Of a stretch of DNA of 55,510 nt, positions 1 through 8,003 are shown piece after piece. Both the position numbers and the translations under genes were made by a program. The stretch comes from an uncultured Methanosarcinales archaeon (GTDB lineage Archaea > Nanobdellota > Nanobdellia > Woesearchaeales > GW2011-AR9): positions 1 through 55,510 of the forward strand of contig CAYSWQ010000005.1 of the NCBI GenBank assembly GCA_964434885.1, read 5' to 3'. The notes below the pieces were generated by a model, which was not told where the DNA came from, did no database searches, and worked only from the letters and a program-made list of their open reading frames with translations. Position 1 is the stretch's first letter, and the number at the start of each line of letters is the position of its first letter.

Positions 1-102
1 GGTCTTCGTCCATATCTTGCTCCAAATCTTTTAGTCGGCATTTTAGGTTATTTTGTGGGCTATTTTTTAAATGTTTTGCTTAAAAAGGTCAATTCATTAT
101 AA
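1..102 (+). CDS. 3' end of a truncated ORF with a hydrophobic C-terminus (unknown membrane protein)
   Basis: Frame 1 is open from the window edge to TAA at 100-102 (...LVGILGYFVGYFLNVLLKKVNSL*). No function can be inferred. Confidence 0.3.
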   Translation, partial: GLRPYLAPNLLVGILGYFVGYFLNVLLKKVNSL

Positions 103-104
103 AT

Positions 105-179
105 TGGGGCCGCCCGGATTCGAACCGGGGTTCAAGCGTCCCAAACGCTTAGTGATAGACCAAGCTACACTACGGCCCC
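105..179 (-). tRNA. tRNA-Pro (anticodon UGG)
   Basis: The reverse complement folds as a cloverleaf: acceptor GGGGCCG/CGGCCCC, anticodon arm AAGCG-UUUGGGA-CGCUU, T arm CCCGG-TTCGAAT-CCGGG, discriminator A. No intron. Confidence 0.9.
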
Positions 180-225
180 AATGAATGCTTTTAAACGGTG
201 TGTTTTTAAAAGGTTTTTGCTAATT

Positions 226-684
226 TTAAACTAAAACTTCTTTACTTCGATGGATTTTTGGGAGGTAATTGAGTATTTTTTGGTCTTTATATTTAGCACA
301 ACTAATGATTTCTTTAGCATATTTTAACAATACAAAACGGTTTTTCTCTCCTAAATCTTTAGGTAGGTCTTCACCAAGAAAATAACTTTTTAATTCTTGG
401 TTATTTATTTCAATGATGTTGGTTTTGGCTTTTTGACCAATTAACCAGGCCCCTTCCATACTTAAGCGAAGTTCATTTTTGAATTCACCAAAATATAGGC
501 CATATTTGTCAATTCTTAATTTATCTAATTCAATTTGAGAAATATCTTTATTAGTGATGAATAATTTATTTTTGTTATTTAGTAAAAAAACATAATCTTC
601 TGTGTAAGTGTAATCAAATTGTTCTTTTAGAATATTCTTTATTTGTTTTATTTCTCTAGTGTTAAGTATTTTTAATTTTTGCAT
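226..684 (-). CDS. Small RNA-binding protein, tentatively Nip7/pre-PUA+PUA-like
   Basis: 152-aa ORF. Its two-domain layout and C-terminal segment (NRFVLLKYAKEIISCAKYKDQKILNYLPK) resemble archaeal Nip7/PUA proteins. The call rests on resemblance only. Confidence 0.5.
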   Translation of the reverse strand: MQKLKILNTREIKQIKNILKEQFDYTYTEDYVFLLNNKNKLFITNKDISQIELDKLRIDKYGLYFGEFKNELRLSMEGAWLIGQKAKTNIIEINNQELKSYFLGEDLPKDLGEKNRFVLLKYAKEIISCAKYKDQKILNYLPKIHRSKEVLV

Positions 685-730
685 TTAATTGAGATTGGGT
701 TTTGGTTTAAATGGTTTTCTGAAATATTTA

Positions 731-744
731 GTAAAGTTTATAAA
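731..744 (+). promoter_or_regulatory. BRE/TATA-like promoter (GTAAAGTTTATAAA), probably driving a leaderless mRNA that starts at ATG 768
   Basis: The TATA word lies about 30 nt upstream of ATG 768. The same GTAAAGTTTA word recurs at 7031-7044, at the same distance from ATG 7066. Confidence 0.45.
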
Positions 745-767
745 TGGTCTTTTTTGTTGGTCTAAAA

Positions 768-1022
768 ATGAAAATCGAATTTAATGGAGAAGAATATTTG
801 GTGGATAGAAAAGCAGAAAAATACCTGAGAACTAATTATCCTTTGTTTTTTGATCCAGATAAAGACCGAACGAACCAATTAGTAACACAATTAAGAACAG
901 ATCCTCAATTTGATTTAAAAGATAAAAACTTACAGGTTTATGTGGGATTAAAAAAAGAACATCATGAGTTTGGTAGTATAATGCCTGGTTTGGAAAAAAA
1001 GCTTAGTTTTAGAGAAATCTAG
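768..1022 (+). CDS. Hypothetical small protein
   Basis: The track ORF is 744..1022, but ATG 744 overlaps the TATA box, so in-frame ATG 768 (MKIEFNGEEY...) is preferred. No recognisable motif. Confidence 0.45.
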   Translation: MKIEFNGEEYLVDRKAEKYLRTNYPLFFDPDKDRTNQLVTQLRTDPQFDLKDKNLQVYVGLKKEHHEFGSIMPGLEKKLSFREI

Positions 1023-1029
1023 TTGATTT

Positions 1030-2802
1030 TTAACCAACACCCCAAATAGCATTGTTTTTTCTTTTAATTTCTGCAATTTCTTTCATGATAACTATTTCTT
1101 TTTCAGAAAGATATTGTTTTAATTCTTTTAATTTTTTGAAATCTTCTTCTGGAACATCAGAATAATAAAAATCTCCTTCTTTAATTTGTCGACCAACAGT
1201 GGCTCCTTCAATAGCCATGGCTAATTGCTTACCTTGTTTAGCTTCACTTAAATTTTCCCCTTCACTTTCTAGGTTTTTTACTTTACCAACCTGTTTACCT
1301 TCTTTGTTCATTACATAGCCGTTAGTTTTAATAGAACCGATCTCTATTTCGACTCCAACAATAGCAGGATTGTTTTGGCGAAAAGTATAACCTTTTAACA
1401 CAAAGAATTTACATGGTTTAGTTAGTTTTCCTAATTGTTCAGCTTCAATTTTTTTCATTAATTCTTCAACATATTTATCATATTCTTCAAGAATGTGGTA
1501 AATTACAGGTTGAGTGATAATTTTAACCTTTTTATCTTTCAAGAAATCTTCTACATCGGAATTTAATTTGACATTAAACCCTAAAATGATTTGGTTGAAA
1601 TCATCTGCACTAGATTCGGCTTTAGAAATATCTTTTTTACTAATGTCCCCGATTGAGGCAGATTGAACAGGGATGTTTTTTTCTTTCAACATAACCAATA
1701 ATGCTTCTAAACTCCCTAAACTATCTGCTTTAACAATAATACCTTCTTGATCAGTTTCAATTAAAACTTCTTCAATTTCTTGTTGGATTTCTTCTTCTAC
1801 TTGTTTAATGTTGTTTGGTTGGCAGCTTCTAAGTGGCATACCTGCGACTGCCCCATCTAAGTTAGGAGCAGAAATTTTAACTCCAGTGGCAGCGAAAACT
1901 TCTTTCATTTGTTTGAATTTAGCTTTCTTTTCTCGCATTTCCATTAAAGGGAGAGGTTCTAAAAGAGATCTTATTTTAGTTGTGATTGGTTTCTCTAAAC
2001 CACCAATAACAATTGTATCATTAACTTTTAATTTACCATTATAAATTATAACATCTAATGTGGTTCCAAGGCCTTTTTCTTCCTTTACTTCTAAAACAGT
2101 TCCTTTAGCAAAAGTATTAACATCACATTCTAAACATTTTTCTAAGAATTTTTGAGCTAAACCAGTTAAGACCATTAATAGTTCTGGGATCCCTTGTCCA
2201 GTTAAACCAGAAACAGGAACAATAGCGATTTGTTTGGTGTAATCTTCTACTCGATCAAATCTTTCAGCAGGGAAACCAAATTCATGTAATTTTCCAACCA
2301 ATTCATATAATCTTTTTTCAAATTCTCCGCTTATGTTGGTGGGAAGTTGGTTGAGATTTTCTAATAATGATTTAGATTTGTCTTGTTCCCAACCAGGAAT
2401 CAAATCAATTTTATTAGCAGCGACAATAAAAGGGGTTTTATCTGCTTTAAGAATTTCTAATGCCTCAATGGTTTGTGGTTTAAATCCTTCGTTGATGTTG
2501 ACAACTAGGATTGCTATGTCGGCTAAAGCACCACCTCGTTTTCTTAAATTAGAGAAAGCAGCATGACCTGGGGTATCGATGAATAATAGGCCTGGGAGAG
2601 TAAAATTTAGTTTGAGAGCATCTAGAAGATTACCACATATTTTTTTGATAGTTTCTAAAGGAATAATACTTGCTCCAATGATTTGGGTGATTTTTCCAGC
2701 TTCACCAGAAACAACCTTGGTTCCCCTAATTTGATCTAAAATAGTGGTCTTGCCATGATCAACATGGCCTTCAATTACACAAATTGGGCTTCTGGTTGTC
2801 AT
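1030..2802 (-). CDS. infB: Translation initiation factor aIF5B (IF-2 family GTPase)
   Basis: 590 aa. G1 GHVDHGKTT, DTPGH and NKID motifs, followed by the typical aIF5B domains II-IV. Confidence 0.95.
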   Translation of the reverse strand: MTTRSPICVIEGHVDHGKTTILDQIRGTKVVSGEAGKITQIIGASIIPLETIKKICGNLLDALKLNFTLPGLLFIDTPGHAAFSNLRKRGGALADIAILVVNINEGFKPQTIEALEILKADKTPFIVAANKIDLIPGWEQDKSKSLLENLNQLPTNISGEFEKRLYELVGKLHEFGFPAERFDRVEDYTKQIAIVPVSGLTGQGIPELLMVLTGLAQKFLEKCLECDVNTFAKGTVLEVKEEKGLGTTLDVIIYNGKLKVNDTIVIGGLEKPITTKIRSLLEPLPLMEMREKKAKFKQMKEVFAATGVKISAPNLDGAVAGMPLRSCQPNNIKQVEEEIQQEIEEVLIETDQEGIIVKADSLGSLEALLVMLKEKNIPVQSASIGDISKKDISKAESSADDFNQIILGFNVKLNSDVEDFLKDKKVKIITQPVIYHILEEYDKYVEELMKKIEAEQLGKLTKPCKFFVLKGYTFRQNNPAIVGVEIEIGSIKTNGYVMNKEGKQVGKVKNLESEGENLSEAKQGKQLAMAIEGATVGRQIKEGDFYYSDVPEEDFKKLKELKQYLSEKEIVIMKEIAEIKRKNNAIWGVG

Positions 2803-2888
2803 TTTATTTTTGGAGAGAGTAGTCTTTTTTAAATTTTCTTACTAATATTCAACTATAGTTTTTTAAAATTAGTGGATATTTTCTAAAT

Positions 2889-4001
2889 ATGGAAATAGTT
2901 AGAGAAGTCAATACTGAAATTAAAATAGTAAAACCAAAGAAAGACGTCCATGCTAAGATGGAAGTATTTTATAATCCATTGATGAAATCTAATCGTAATA
3001 TTTCTATTTTGTTGCTGAATGCGTTAGGTGGTAAGAATATGAACTTAGCTTTACCTTTGGCGGGTTCTGGAATTCGTGCGTTAAGGTTTTTACAAGAATT
3101 GAAAAAGGGAAAGATTGATTCTATTTATATTAATGATAAGAAAGAGAATTTTATTAAGAATTTTAAAGAAAATTTGGGATTAAATAAAATAAAACCCACT
3201 AAGTTGAAGATATTTAATCAAGAGGCAAATGATTTTCTTTTAAATCAACACAAAGATGATTTTTGTGGTTATTTTGATTATATTGATATAGATCCTTTTG
3301 GTAGTCCGAACCCTTTTTTGTCTTCAGCAGTGGCGCGGATTAAGCGAGGAGGGATATTGGCAGTTACAGCTACAGATACAGCTGCTTTGACTGGAACTTA
3401 TTTGCGGACGACTCGGCGTAAGTATTGGGCTAGTTCTTTGAAGAACTATTTAATGCATGAAACAGGGTTGAGGATTTTAATTAGAAAAGTCCAATTACTG
3501 GGAGTACAGTTTGAGAAAACTTTAGTTCCCGTTTTAAGTTATCATAAAGACCATTATTTTAGGATTTATTTTGTTTCTGATCGAGGCAAGAAGAGATGTG
3601 ATGACTTGTTGAAAGAGCACCAATTTTTGTTGTATTGTAATAATTGTTTGAATTTTGAGAAATCTAAATTTAATTGTGGAGTTTGTGGCTGTGGTCAAGA
3701 TTTTAATTTTGCTGGGCCATTATGGACAGGAGAGTTGTTTGATAAGAAATTGGTTAAAAAAATGGCTAAAGAGAATACTTTTGTTAAAGAGCAGGCGTTT
3801 TTAGATTTGTTGAGTAAGGAGTCGTGGAAGGGAGTGTTTGGATTTTATGATCTACATATAATATCTAAAAAATATAAATTAGGAACTCCTAAAATAGAAG
3901 AGTTTTTGAAAAAAATTAAAGGAGTTAGAACACATTTTTCTAAATATGGAATTAAGAGTGAATTGAAAATTGAAGAAATAATAAAAAAAATAAAAAAATA
4001 A
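2889..4001 (+). CDS. trm1: tRNA (guanine26-N2)-dimethyltransferase Trm1
   Basis: 370 aa. FYNPLMKSNRNISIL and DIDPFGSP motifs typical of TRM1. The Cys cluster CNNC...CGVCGC sits in the C-terminal domain. Confidence 0.9.
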   Translation: MEIVREVNTEIKIVKPKKDVHAKMEVFYNPLMKSNRNISILLLNALGGKNMNLALPLAGSGIRALRFLQELKKGKIDSIYINDKKENFIKNFKENLGLNKIKPTKLKIFNQEANDFLLNQHKDDFCGYFDYIDIDPFGSPNPFLSSAVARIKRGGILAVTATDTAALTGTYLRTTRRKYWASSLKNYLMHETGLRILIRKVQLLGVQFEKTLVPVLSYHKDHYFRIYFVSDRGKKRCDDLLKEHQFLLYCNNCLNFEKSKFNCGVCGCGQDFNFAGPLWTGELFDKKLVKKMAKENTFVKEQAFLDLLSKESWKGVFGFYDLHIISKKYKLGTPKIEEFLKKIKGVRTHFSKYGIKSELKIEEIIKKIKK

Positions 4002-4003
4002 AA

Positions 4004-4204
4004 TTAACACTTACATACTTTTGGGTGGACTAACCAAATTAAACCTTTTAGGATTACCATTGCCCCAACAAACACTCCCCAAGTTACCCAGCCGTAAAGA
4101 GCGTTCAATAAGATAAGAACTCCCAAAATCAAAACTCCCCAAGCCATACAACTACAACATTTTCCTGTAGAACAAGTATTTGCTACAACTTTCTTTTTTG
4201 CCAT
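4004..4204 (-). CDS. Small Cys-rich membrane protein (paralogue of 4219..4437)
   Basis: 66 aa. MAKKK..NTCSTGKCCSC head, two hydrophobic helices, C-terminal CKC. Confidence 0.5.
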   Translation of the reverse strand: MAKKKVVANTCSTGKCCSCMAWGVLILGVLILLNALYGWVTWGVFVGAMVILKGLIWLVHPKVCKC

Positions 4205-4218
4205 TTAATTCACCTCTT

Positions 4219-4437
4219 TTATTTACACCAACTTTTTCTTACTGCTGGGCAAGCCCAGATAGAAATGTTAAGTAAGATTATTAAGATAAGAGTGCTAAGC
4301 CATAAGTTGGTTTGAATTTTTAACAAGTATTGTACATAATATAAAAATCCGAATAAAGCTGCTTCTGAAATAAGCAATAAAAAAAACTCATTACCTGCAC
4401 AACAACTAGTGGAACAAGTATTTTTCTTTTTAACCAT
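4219..4437 (-). CDS. Small Cys-rich membrane protein (paralogue of 4004..4204)
   Basis: 72 aa. MVKKKNTCSTSCCAGN head, two hydrophobic helices, C-terminal Cys residues. Confidence 0.5.
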   Translation of the reverse strand: MVKKKNTCSTSCCAGNEFFLLLISEAALFGFLYYVQYLLKIQTNLWLSTLILIILLNISIWACPAVRKSWCK

Positions 4438-4484
4438 ACTATCACCTCTAGAAATTAGAAATAAAAAAAACTATATAATTGTTT

Positions 4485-4772
4485 CTATCCAATTGCTCTT
4501 CGAACATCAACCACTTCAAAACTTTGGACTCCTTCAATGCTCGTAATTTTGCTTTCTATAGCATCTGGACTTCCTTTTGCTTCATCCATGGTGAAAAGTA
4601 TTTTGATAGCTTTTAAACCGAAAGCAACAGGTTCAATTTCTACTTTTTGATCTTCTGGAGCATCTCTTTCCGTAAATTCTTTAATTAGGGATTGAATTTT
4701 TGGAGTTAATTCATCTAGATTTACTTCTGGACTTTCCGGCATAATTTTTACAGTAACTACAGCAACAGCCAT
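4485..4772 (-). CDS. ef1b: Elongation factor aEF-1beta
   Basis: MAVAVVTVKIMPESPEV...VDVRRAIG matches the archaeal EF-1beta fold family. The start was moved to ATG 4772, which is preceded by GAGGTGA. The track ORF begins further upstream, at 4799. Confidence 0.9.
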   Translation of the reverse strand: MAVAVVTVKIMPESPEVNLDELTPKIQSLIKEFTERDAPEDQKVEIEPVAFGLKAIKILFTMDEAKGSPDAIESKITSIEGVQSFEVVDVRRAIG

Positions 4773-4782
4773 ATTATTCACC

Positions 4783-4953
4783 TCAATTAGGACCAACAAA
4801 GTTGCATTCTGGGCAAGTGTATTTTACTGCAGATTTTCGGCAATCAGAACATCTGATAAGTTCAAACTTACCACAATTCGGACATTGAAAAGTAACACAA
4901 CCTTTGTCATTATCTGTTTTTTTCTTACATGAACTACAATTTTTTGATTCCAT
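4783..4953 (-). CDS. Zn-ribbon protein (four CxxC) of the type usually found just upstream of aEF-1beta
   Basis: Translated by hand and absent from the track (<60 aa): MESKNCSSCKKKTDNDKGCVTFQCPNCGKFELIRCSDCRKSAVKYTCPECNFVGPN*. Its stop lies 10 nt before the ef1b ATG. Confidence 0.75.
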   Translation of the reverse strand: MESKNCSSCKKKTDNDKGCVTFQCPNCGKFELIRCSDCRKSAVKYTCPECNFVGPN

Positions 4954-4984
4954 TTAGTTCTCAAACTTGATTTTATTTATAAAA

Positions 4985-6055
4985 TTATCTTCTTTCAACA
5001 CTAATTTCTAAACCTTTTAAGTTAAATTTAATATCTAAGAATTTTTCGATGATGTACATATTGGTTTTAGTATGTTCAGTTAACTCTGAGATCCTCATTT
5101 TGCTTCCTGGGAGAAGAGCAAGATAAAGTAATAATTGGTCTGCCAAATATTTATCCACACAAGCACCAGATTTGATTTCTTGAATTAAATTATTTGCGGC
5201 TTCTTGGCCAACTTTTTCTGCTGACTTGCCTTTTTCGGCTCTGGCGTCAGCACCTAAAATAACTGGGTTTTTGAAGTTAATTTCTTCTTCAGAAGCATAT
5301 TGGGCCCAAAGTACAATTTCTCCACCGGGGCTTAAAGTATTGGCATATTCAATTCTAATGTCGGTGGGGCAATTTCTTGGAGCAAGAGTTATTTCTGCAC
5401 TTCGTTTAATTCTTTCAGCAACTTCTTTTTCTTCTAAATGAGTAGAACAATTGATTACGCCTTTAATTTGTACCAAGTCTCCAAGTTCAGTAAGATTAAT
5501 TCTTGGAATTTCTCTTAAATCTTGATAAAATTCATTTAAGTATTTAGGATGAATAATTAATTGAATCTCTCCACCACCTTTGGGATAATATCCTCTTTTG
5601 ATGATTTTAAGATCAATTTTGTCAACAAATTTTCTTAAGTGGGGGAGGAGAATATTTTGTAGATAATCTATTCCAGCTGACCATTTTCCAGAAGTACCTC
5701 CTTTCAGGTTTAAAGTGACTTTCCCCGGGGCAAAAAGACAAGGTAAGGTTAAGGCTTGGAGGAGAAGAGTAATAGAACCGGCAGTACCAATATCAAAATT
5801 AAAAGTTCCTTTTTTTATTTTTCCTGGAACAAACATAAATTCTTGAGAACCTAAGAAAACATCACTGGCTTTGGCTTGACAAATTTCTTTTAAGGCTTGG
5901 ATTGCGGTTAGGTGTTGGGCTTTTAAGCCAGGATTTGGGCGATTGGCACGGACATTGGTGATTTTGAATGGTTTATTGGTTAAGGTTGATAAGGCTAAAG
6001 CTACCCTTGGTATAGAACCTCCTCCTTCTCCATATTGGCCATCGATTTCAATCAT
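4985..6055 (-). CDS. rtcA: RNA 3'-terminal phosphate cyclase
   Basis: 356 aa. N-terminal IDGQYGEGGGSIPRVALALS and the overall RtcA pattern. Confidence 0.9.
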   Translation of the reverse strand: MIEIDGQYGEGGGSIPRVALALSTLTNKPFKITNVRANRPNPGLKAQHLTAIQALKEICQAKASDVFLGSQEFMFVPGKIKKGTFNFDIGTAGSITLLLQALTLPCLFAPGKVTLNLKGGTSGKWSAGIDYLQNILLPHLRKFVDKIDLKIIKRGYYPKGGGEIQLIIHPKYLNEFYQDLREIPRINLTELGDLVQIKGVINCSTHLEEKEVAERIKRSAEITLAPRNCPTDIRIEYANTLSPGGEIVLWAQYASEEEINFKNPVILGADARAEKGKSAEKVGQEAANNLIQEIKSGACVDKYLADQLLLYLALLPGSKMRISELTEHTKTNMYIIEKFLDIKFNLKGLEISVERR

Positions 6056-6142
6056 TTTTGGTTTTATTTTTTGATTGTTTATTTAATTTATTGCTTGAAA
6101 AACAAAAAGTTAATAAAAAACTGGGCTTACTGAAGAATTATT

Positions 6143-6282
6143 GGGGCTGTAGTATAAACCACGTAAGTGGGTACAGCCTGGCTAGAATAGGGGCCTCCAG
6201 TAATGGAGAGTTGAGCGTTAAGCGATGAAAATACTTTCCCTGAAGTAAGCCTTAGATCTGGGTTCGAATCCCAGCAGCCCCA
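6143..6282 (+). tRNA. tRNA-Trp (CCA) with a canonical 37/38 intron (about 6201-6247) and a second 19-nt insertion in the D-arm region (6152-6170, or equivalently 6155-6173)
   Basis: Perfect 7-bp acceptor GGGGCTG/CAGCCCC, T arm CTGGG-TTCGAAT-CCCAG, anticodon stem GGGGC/GCCTT flanking CUCCAG. 140 nt genomic minus 47 minus 19 gives 74 nt mature. Exact splice junctions were not resolved by eye. Confidence 0.75.
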
Positions 6283-6286
6283 CTTC

Positions 6287-6595
6287 TTATTTTTTATTAG
6301 TTTTCTTAGGTAATCTTAAAACATAAATAAAACCAAGAATAACTGAGATAAAGATTAAGTATAACCAAACATTTAATTCTGTGATTCCACCAGTGATTTC
6401 TTTCATTGTTTTGTTGGCACCTAAGAAAAGACCTACTAAAACATCAATGGCTATTGAGAGACCAATGGAAAGGGCGATTCTTTCTAGAATATCTATTTTT
6501 TTGAATAAAATTAAAGTTAATAAGAACCCGGGAATGAATAGGCCAAACAAGAGTCCAATTATTGCGTGTAAGATATCTAAGATCATTTTAACCAA
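6287..6595 (-). CDS. Membrane protein resembling the N-terminal TM half of DUF1616 proteins
   Basis: 102 aa. The FIPGFLLTLILF...ILERIALSIGLSIAIDVLVGL pattern is typical of the DUF1616 N-terminus. Confidence 0.5.
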   Translation of the reverse strand: MVKMILDILHAIIGLLFGLFIPGFLLTLILFKKIDILERIALSIGLSIAIDVLVGLFLGANKTMKEITGGITELNVWLYLIFISVILGFIYVLRLPKKTNKK

Positions 6596-6981
6596 AAGTG
6601 GATTGATTGTTTTTTGTTTAGTAAAGTAATCGTGATTTTTCCTTGTTTGAATGAATTTTGTATTTTAAATTGGTGATAGATTGGTTGTTTTTGATTATGA
6701 TTTAAAGTAATTTGTTCTTGTTTTAAGATTTTTGTAGTTCCATCTAAATCTAAAGTTATTTGGTAGTTGTAAGTGAATTGTGTGTTTTCTAAATTGTTAA
6801 TCGTAAAATAGAATTCATTGTTTTTGTTTAATTCTATGTTTTTTGGTAAATTTTGATGATTTTCAAAGTACAATTCAGTAAATGATTCGCTTTTTTTGGT
6901 GGTAAAAATTAAGATGGTTACTGCCACAATTGCAATTATACAAGCGATAATTAAGATGTTGTAAATAGTATTTTCTTTCAT
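6583..6981 (-). CDS. TM-anchored beta-rich protein resembling the C-terminal half of DUF1616 proteins
   Basis: 132 aa. One N-terminal TM, then FTELYFENHQNLPKNIEL...FYFTINNLENTQFTYNYQITL. Overlaps the downstream ORF by 13 nt. Confidence 0.5.
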   Translation of the reverse strand: MKENTIYNILIIACIIAIVAVTILIFTTKKSESFTELYFENHQNLPKNIELNKNNEFYFTINNLENTQFTYNYQITLDLDGTTKILKQEQITLNHNQKQPIYHQFKIQNSFKQGKITITLLNKKQSIHFWLK

Positions 6982-7030
6982 GTTTGTTGGAAAATTTAAT
7001 GGTTTATTTAAATCTTACTATTAAATGGTA

Positions 7031-7044
7031 GTAAAGTTTAAAAA
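7031..7044 (+). promoter_or_regulatory. BRE/TATA-like promoter (GTAAAGTTTAAAAA)
   Basis: Lies 29 nt upstream of ATG 7066. Twin of the element at 731-744. Confidence 0.45.
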
Positions 7045-7065
7045 GTAGCCCTAAATTTGAATAAT

Positions 7066-7572
7066 ATGGCATTTTTTCAGAGGATAATGGATTGGATTTC
7101 GGCTAATTTTAAGTTTATTGCAGTCAATGGATTGTCTCATCTTTTTATGGGTATTTTTTTAAGTACTGCTCTTTATCCTTTTTTGAAAGAATTTAAGGAG
7201 AGGTTTAATTACTTTTTGTTTGTGTTTTTTCCTTTAGTTTTTGGATCTCTCTTTCCAGACTTATTATTTGCTATTAGTACATTAATTAGGAGTGGAAGTT
7301 TGAAAAGTTGGGGTTATTTGTTAAAACACGGTGGAGAAATCCATTCTGTTTTTCATAGGGATATTGCTTTGGTATTGGTAATTCCTAGTACTGTGTTTTT
7401 AGTTATCGTTTTAGTTTATTTAGTTAATTTTATAAGGTATTTGGTGAGTTGGGGAAAGAAATATGATAAGATTAAATTGGATAATTTACCTAGGAAGTGG
7501 TTGTTGATTTGTTCAGGATTATCTTTGTTAGGAGCAGTTGTACATTTATTGATGGATGTGGTGGGGTTTTAA
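7066..7572 (+). CDS. Membrane-bound metal-dependent hydrolase-like protein (DUF457/YdjM-like)
   Basis: Polytopic. His in TM1 (GLSHLFMG), SLFPDLL motif, C-terminal HLLMDVVGF. ATG 7066 is preferred over the TTG at 7057 used by the track. Confidence 0.5.
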   Translation: MAFFQRIMDWISANFKFIAVNGLSHLFMGIFLSTALYPFLKEFKERFNYFLFVFFPLVFGSLFPDLLFAISTLIRSGSLKSWGYLLKHGGEIHSVFHRDIALVLVIPSTVFLVIVLVYLVNFIRYLVSWGKKYDKIKLDNLPRKWLLICSGLSLLGAVVHLLMDVVGF

Positions 7573-7573
7573 A

Positions 7574-7780
7574 ATGAAAGAAGTAGATCAAGTGATGACT
7601 GTGATGTATGATTTGCTTCAGCGTGAAAAACTTACGGAAGAAGAATTATTAAGAAAAACTAAAATGGAAGTTGGAGTCAAGTGTAGTTTTATTGTTCCTC
7701 AGGAATTATATAATGAAGCAAGAGCAGAATTAGGATGTATTGTTGGTAGAGATGAAAATAAGAAATTGTATGTGTTGTGA
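7574..7780 (+). CDS. Small protein, member 1 of a tandem paralogous trio (possible winged-helix)
   Basis: 68 aa from ATG 7574 (MKEVDQ...). The tail ...PQELYNEARAELG..DENKKLYVL aligns with member 2. Confidence 0.5.
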   Translation: MKEVDQVMTVMYDLLQREKLTEEELLRKTKMEVGVKCSFIVPQELYNEARAELGCIVGRDENKKLYVL

Positions 7781-7796
7781 ACGGATATTATTCAAA

Positions 7797-8003
7797 ATGA
7801 AAGATAAAATGGATCAATTGGAATGGTTGGCTTTACGCTTAGTTTTAGAAGAAAACGGAATAAAAGATTGGGATTTAGTTAGAAAAATGAGTCAAGTTTA
7901 CAACACTGATGGGAGAGTGATGGACTTGAATGATTATAGTCAAGTAAAAAAGAACATGTTGCATGTGTTTGATTATAAAGAAGGGAGAGTGTATTTGAAA
8001 TGA
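7797..8003 (+). CDS. Small protein, member 2 of the trio
   Basis: 68 aa from ATG 7797 (MKDKMDQ...). ...DLNDYSQVKKNML..KEGRVYLK. Its stop overlaps the next ATG (ATGA). Confidence 0.5.
   Translation: MKDKMDQLEWLALRLVLEENGIKDWDLVRKMSQVYNTDGRVMDLNDYSQVKKNMLHVFDYKEGRVYLK

Noticed and set aside
1808-2566. Short antisense ORFs inside large genes (1808..2044, 2333..2566, 5226..5441, 12062..12637, 21340..21852, 21979..22272, 47598..48620, and others)
   Set aside because: Each is fully embedded opposite a CDS with strong family motifs. Such ORFs are typical chance frames, and none has an SD or promoter.
6201-6247. Box C/D guide RNA inside the tRNA-Trp intron (GCGAUGA ... CUGA with an 11-nt spacer), as in euryarchaeal pre-tRNA-Trp
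   Set aside because: The C-like box deviates from RUGAUGA, and the intron is too short for C/D'/C'/D. The spacer AAAUACUUUCC has no complement in the tRNA exons. The evidence is too weak to call.
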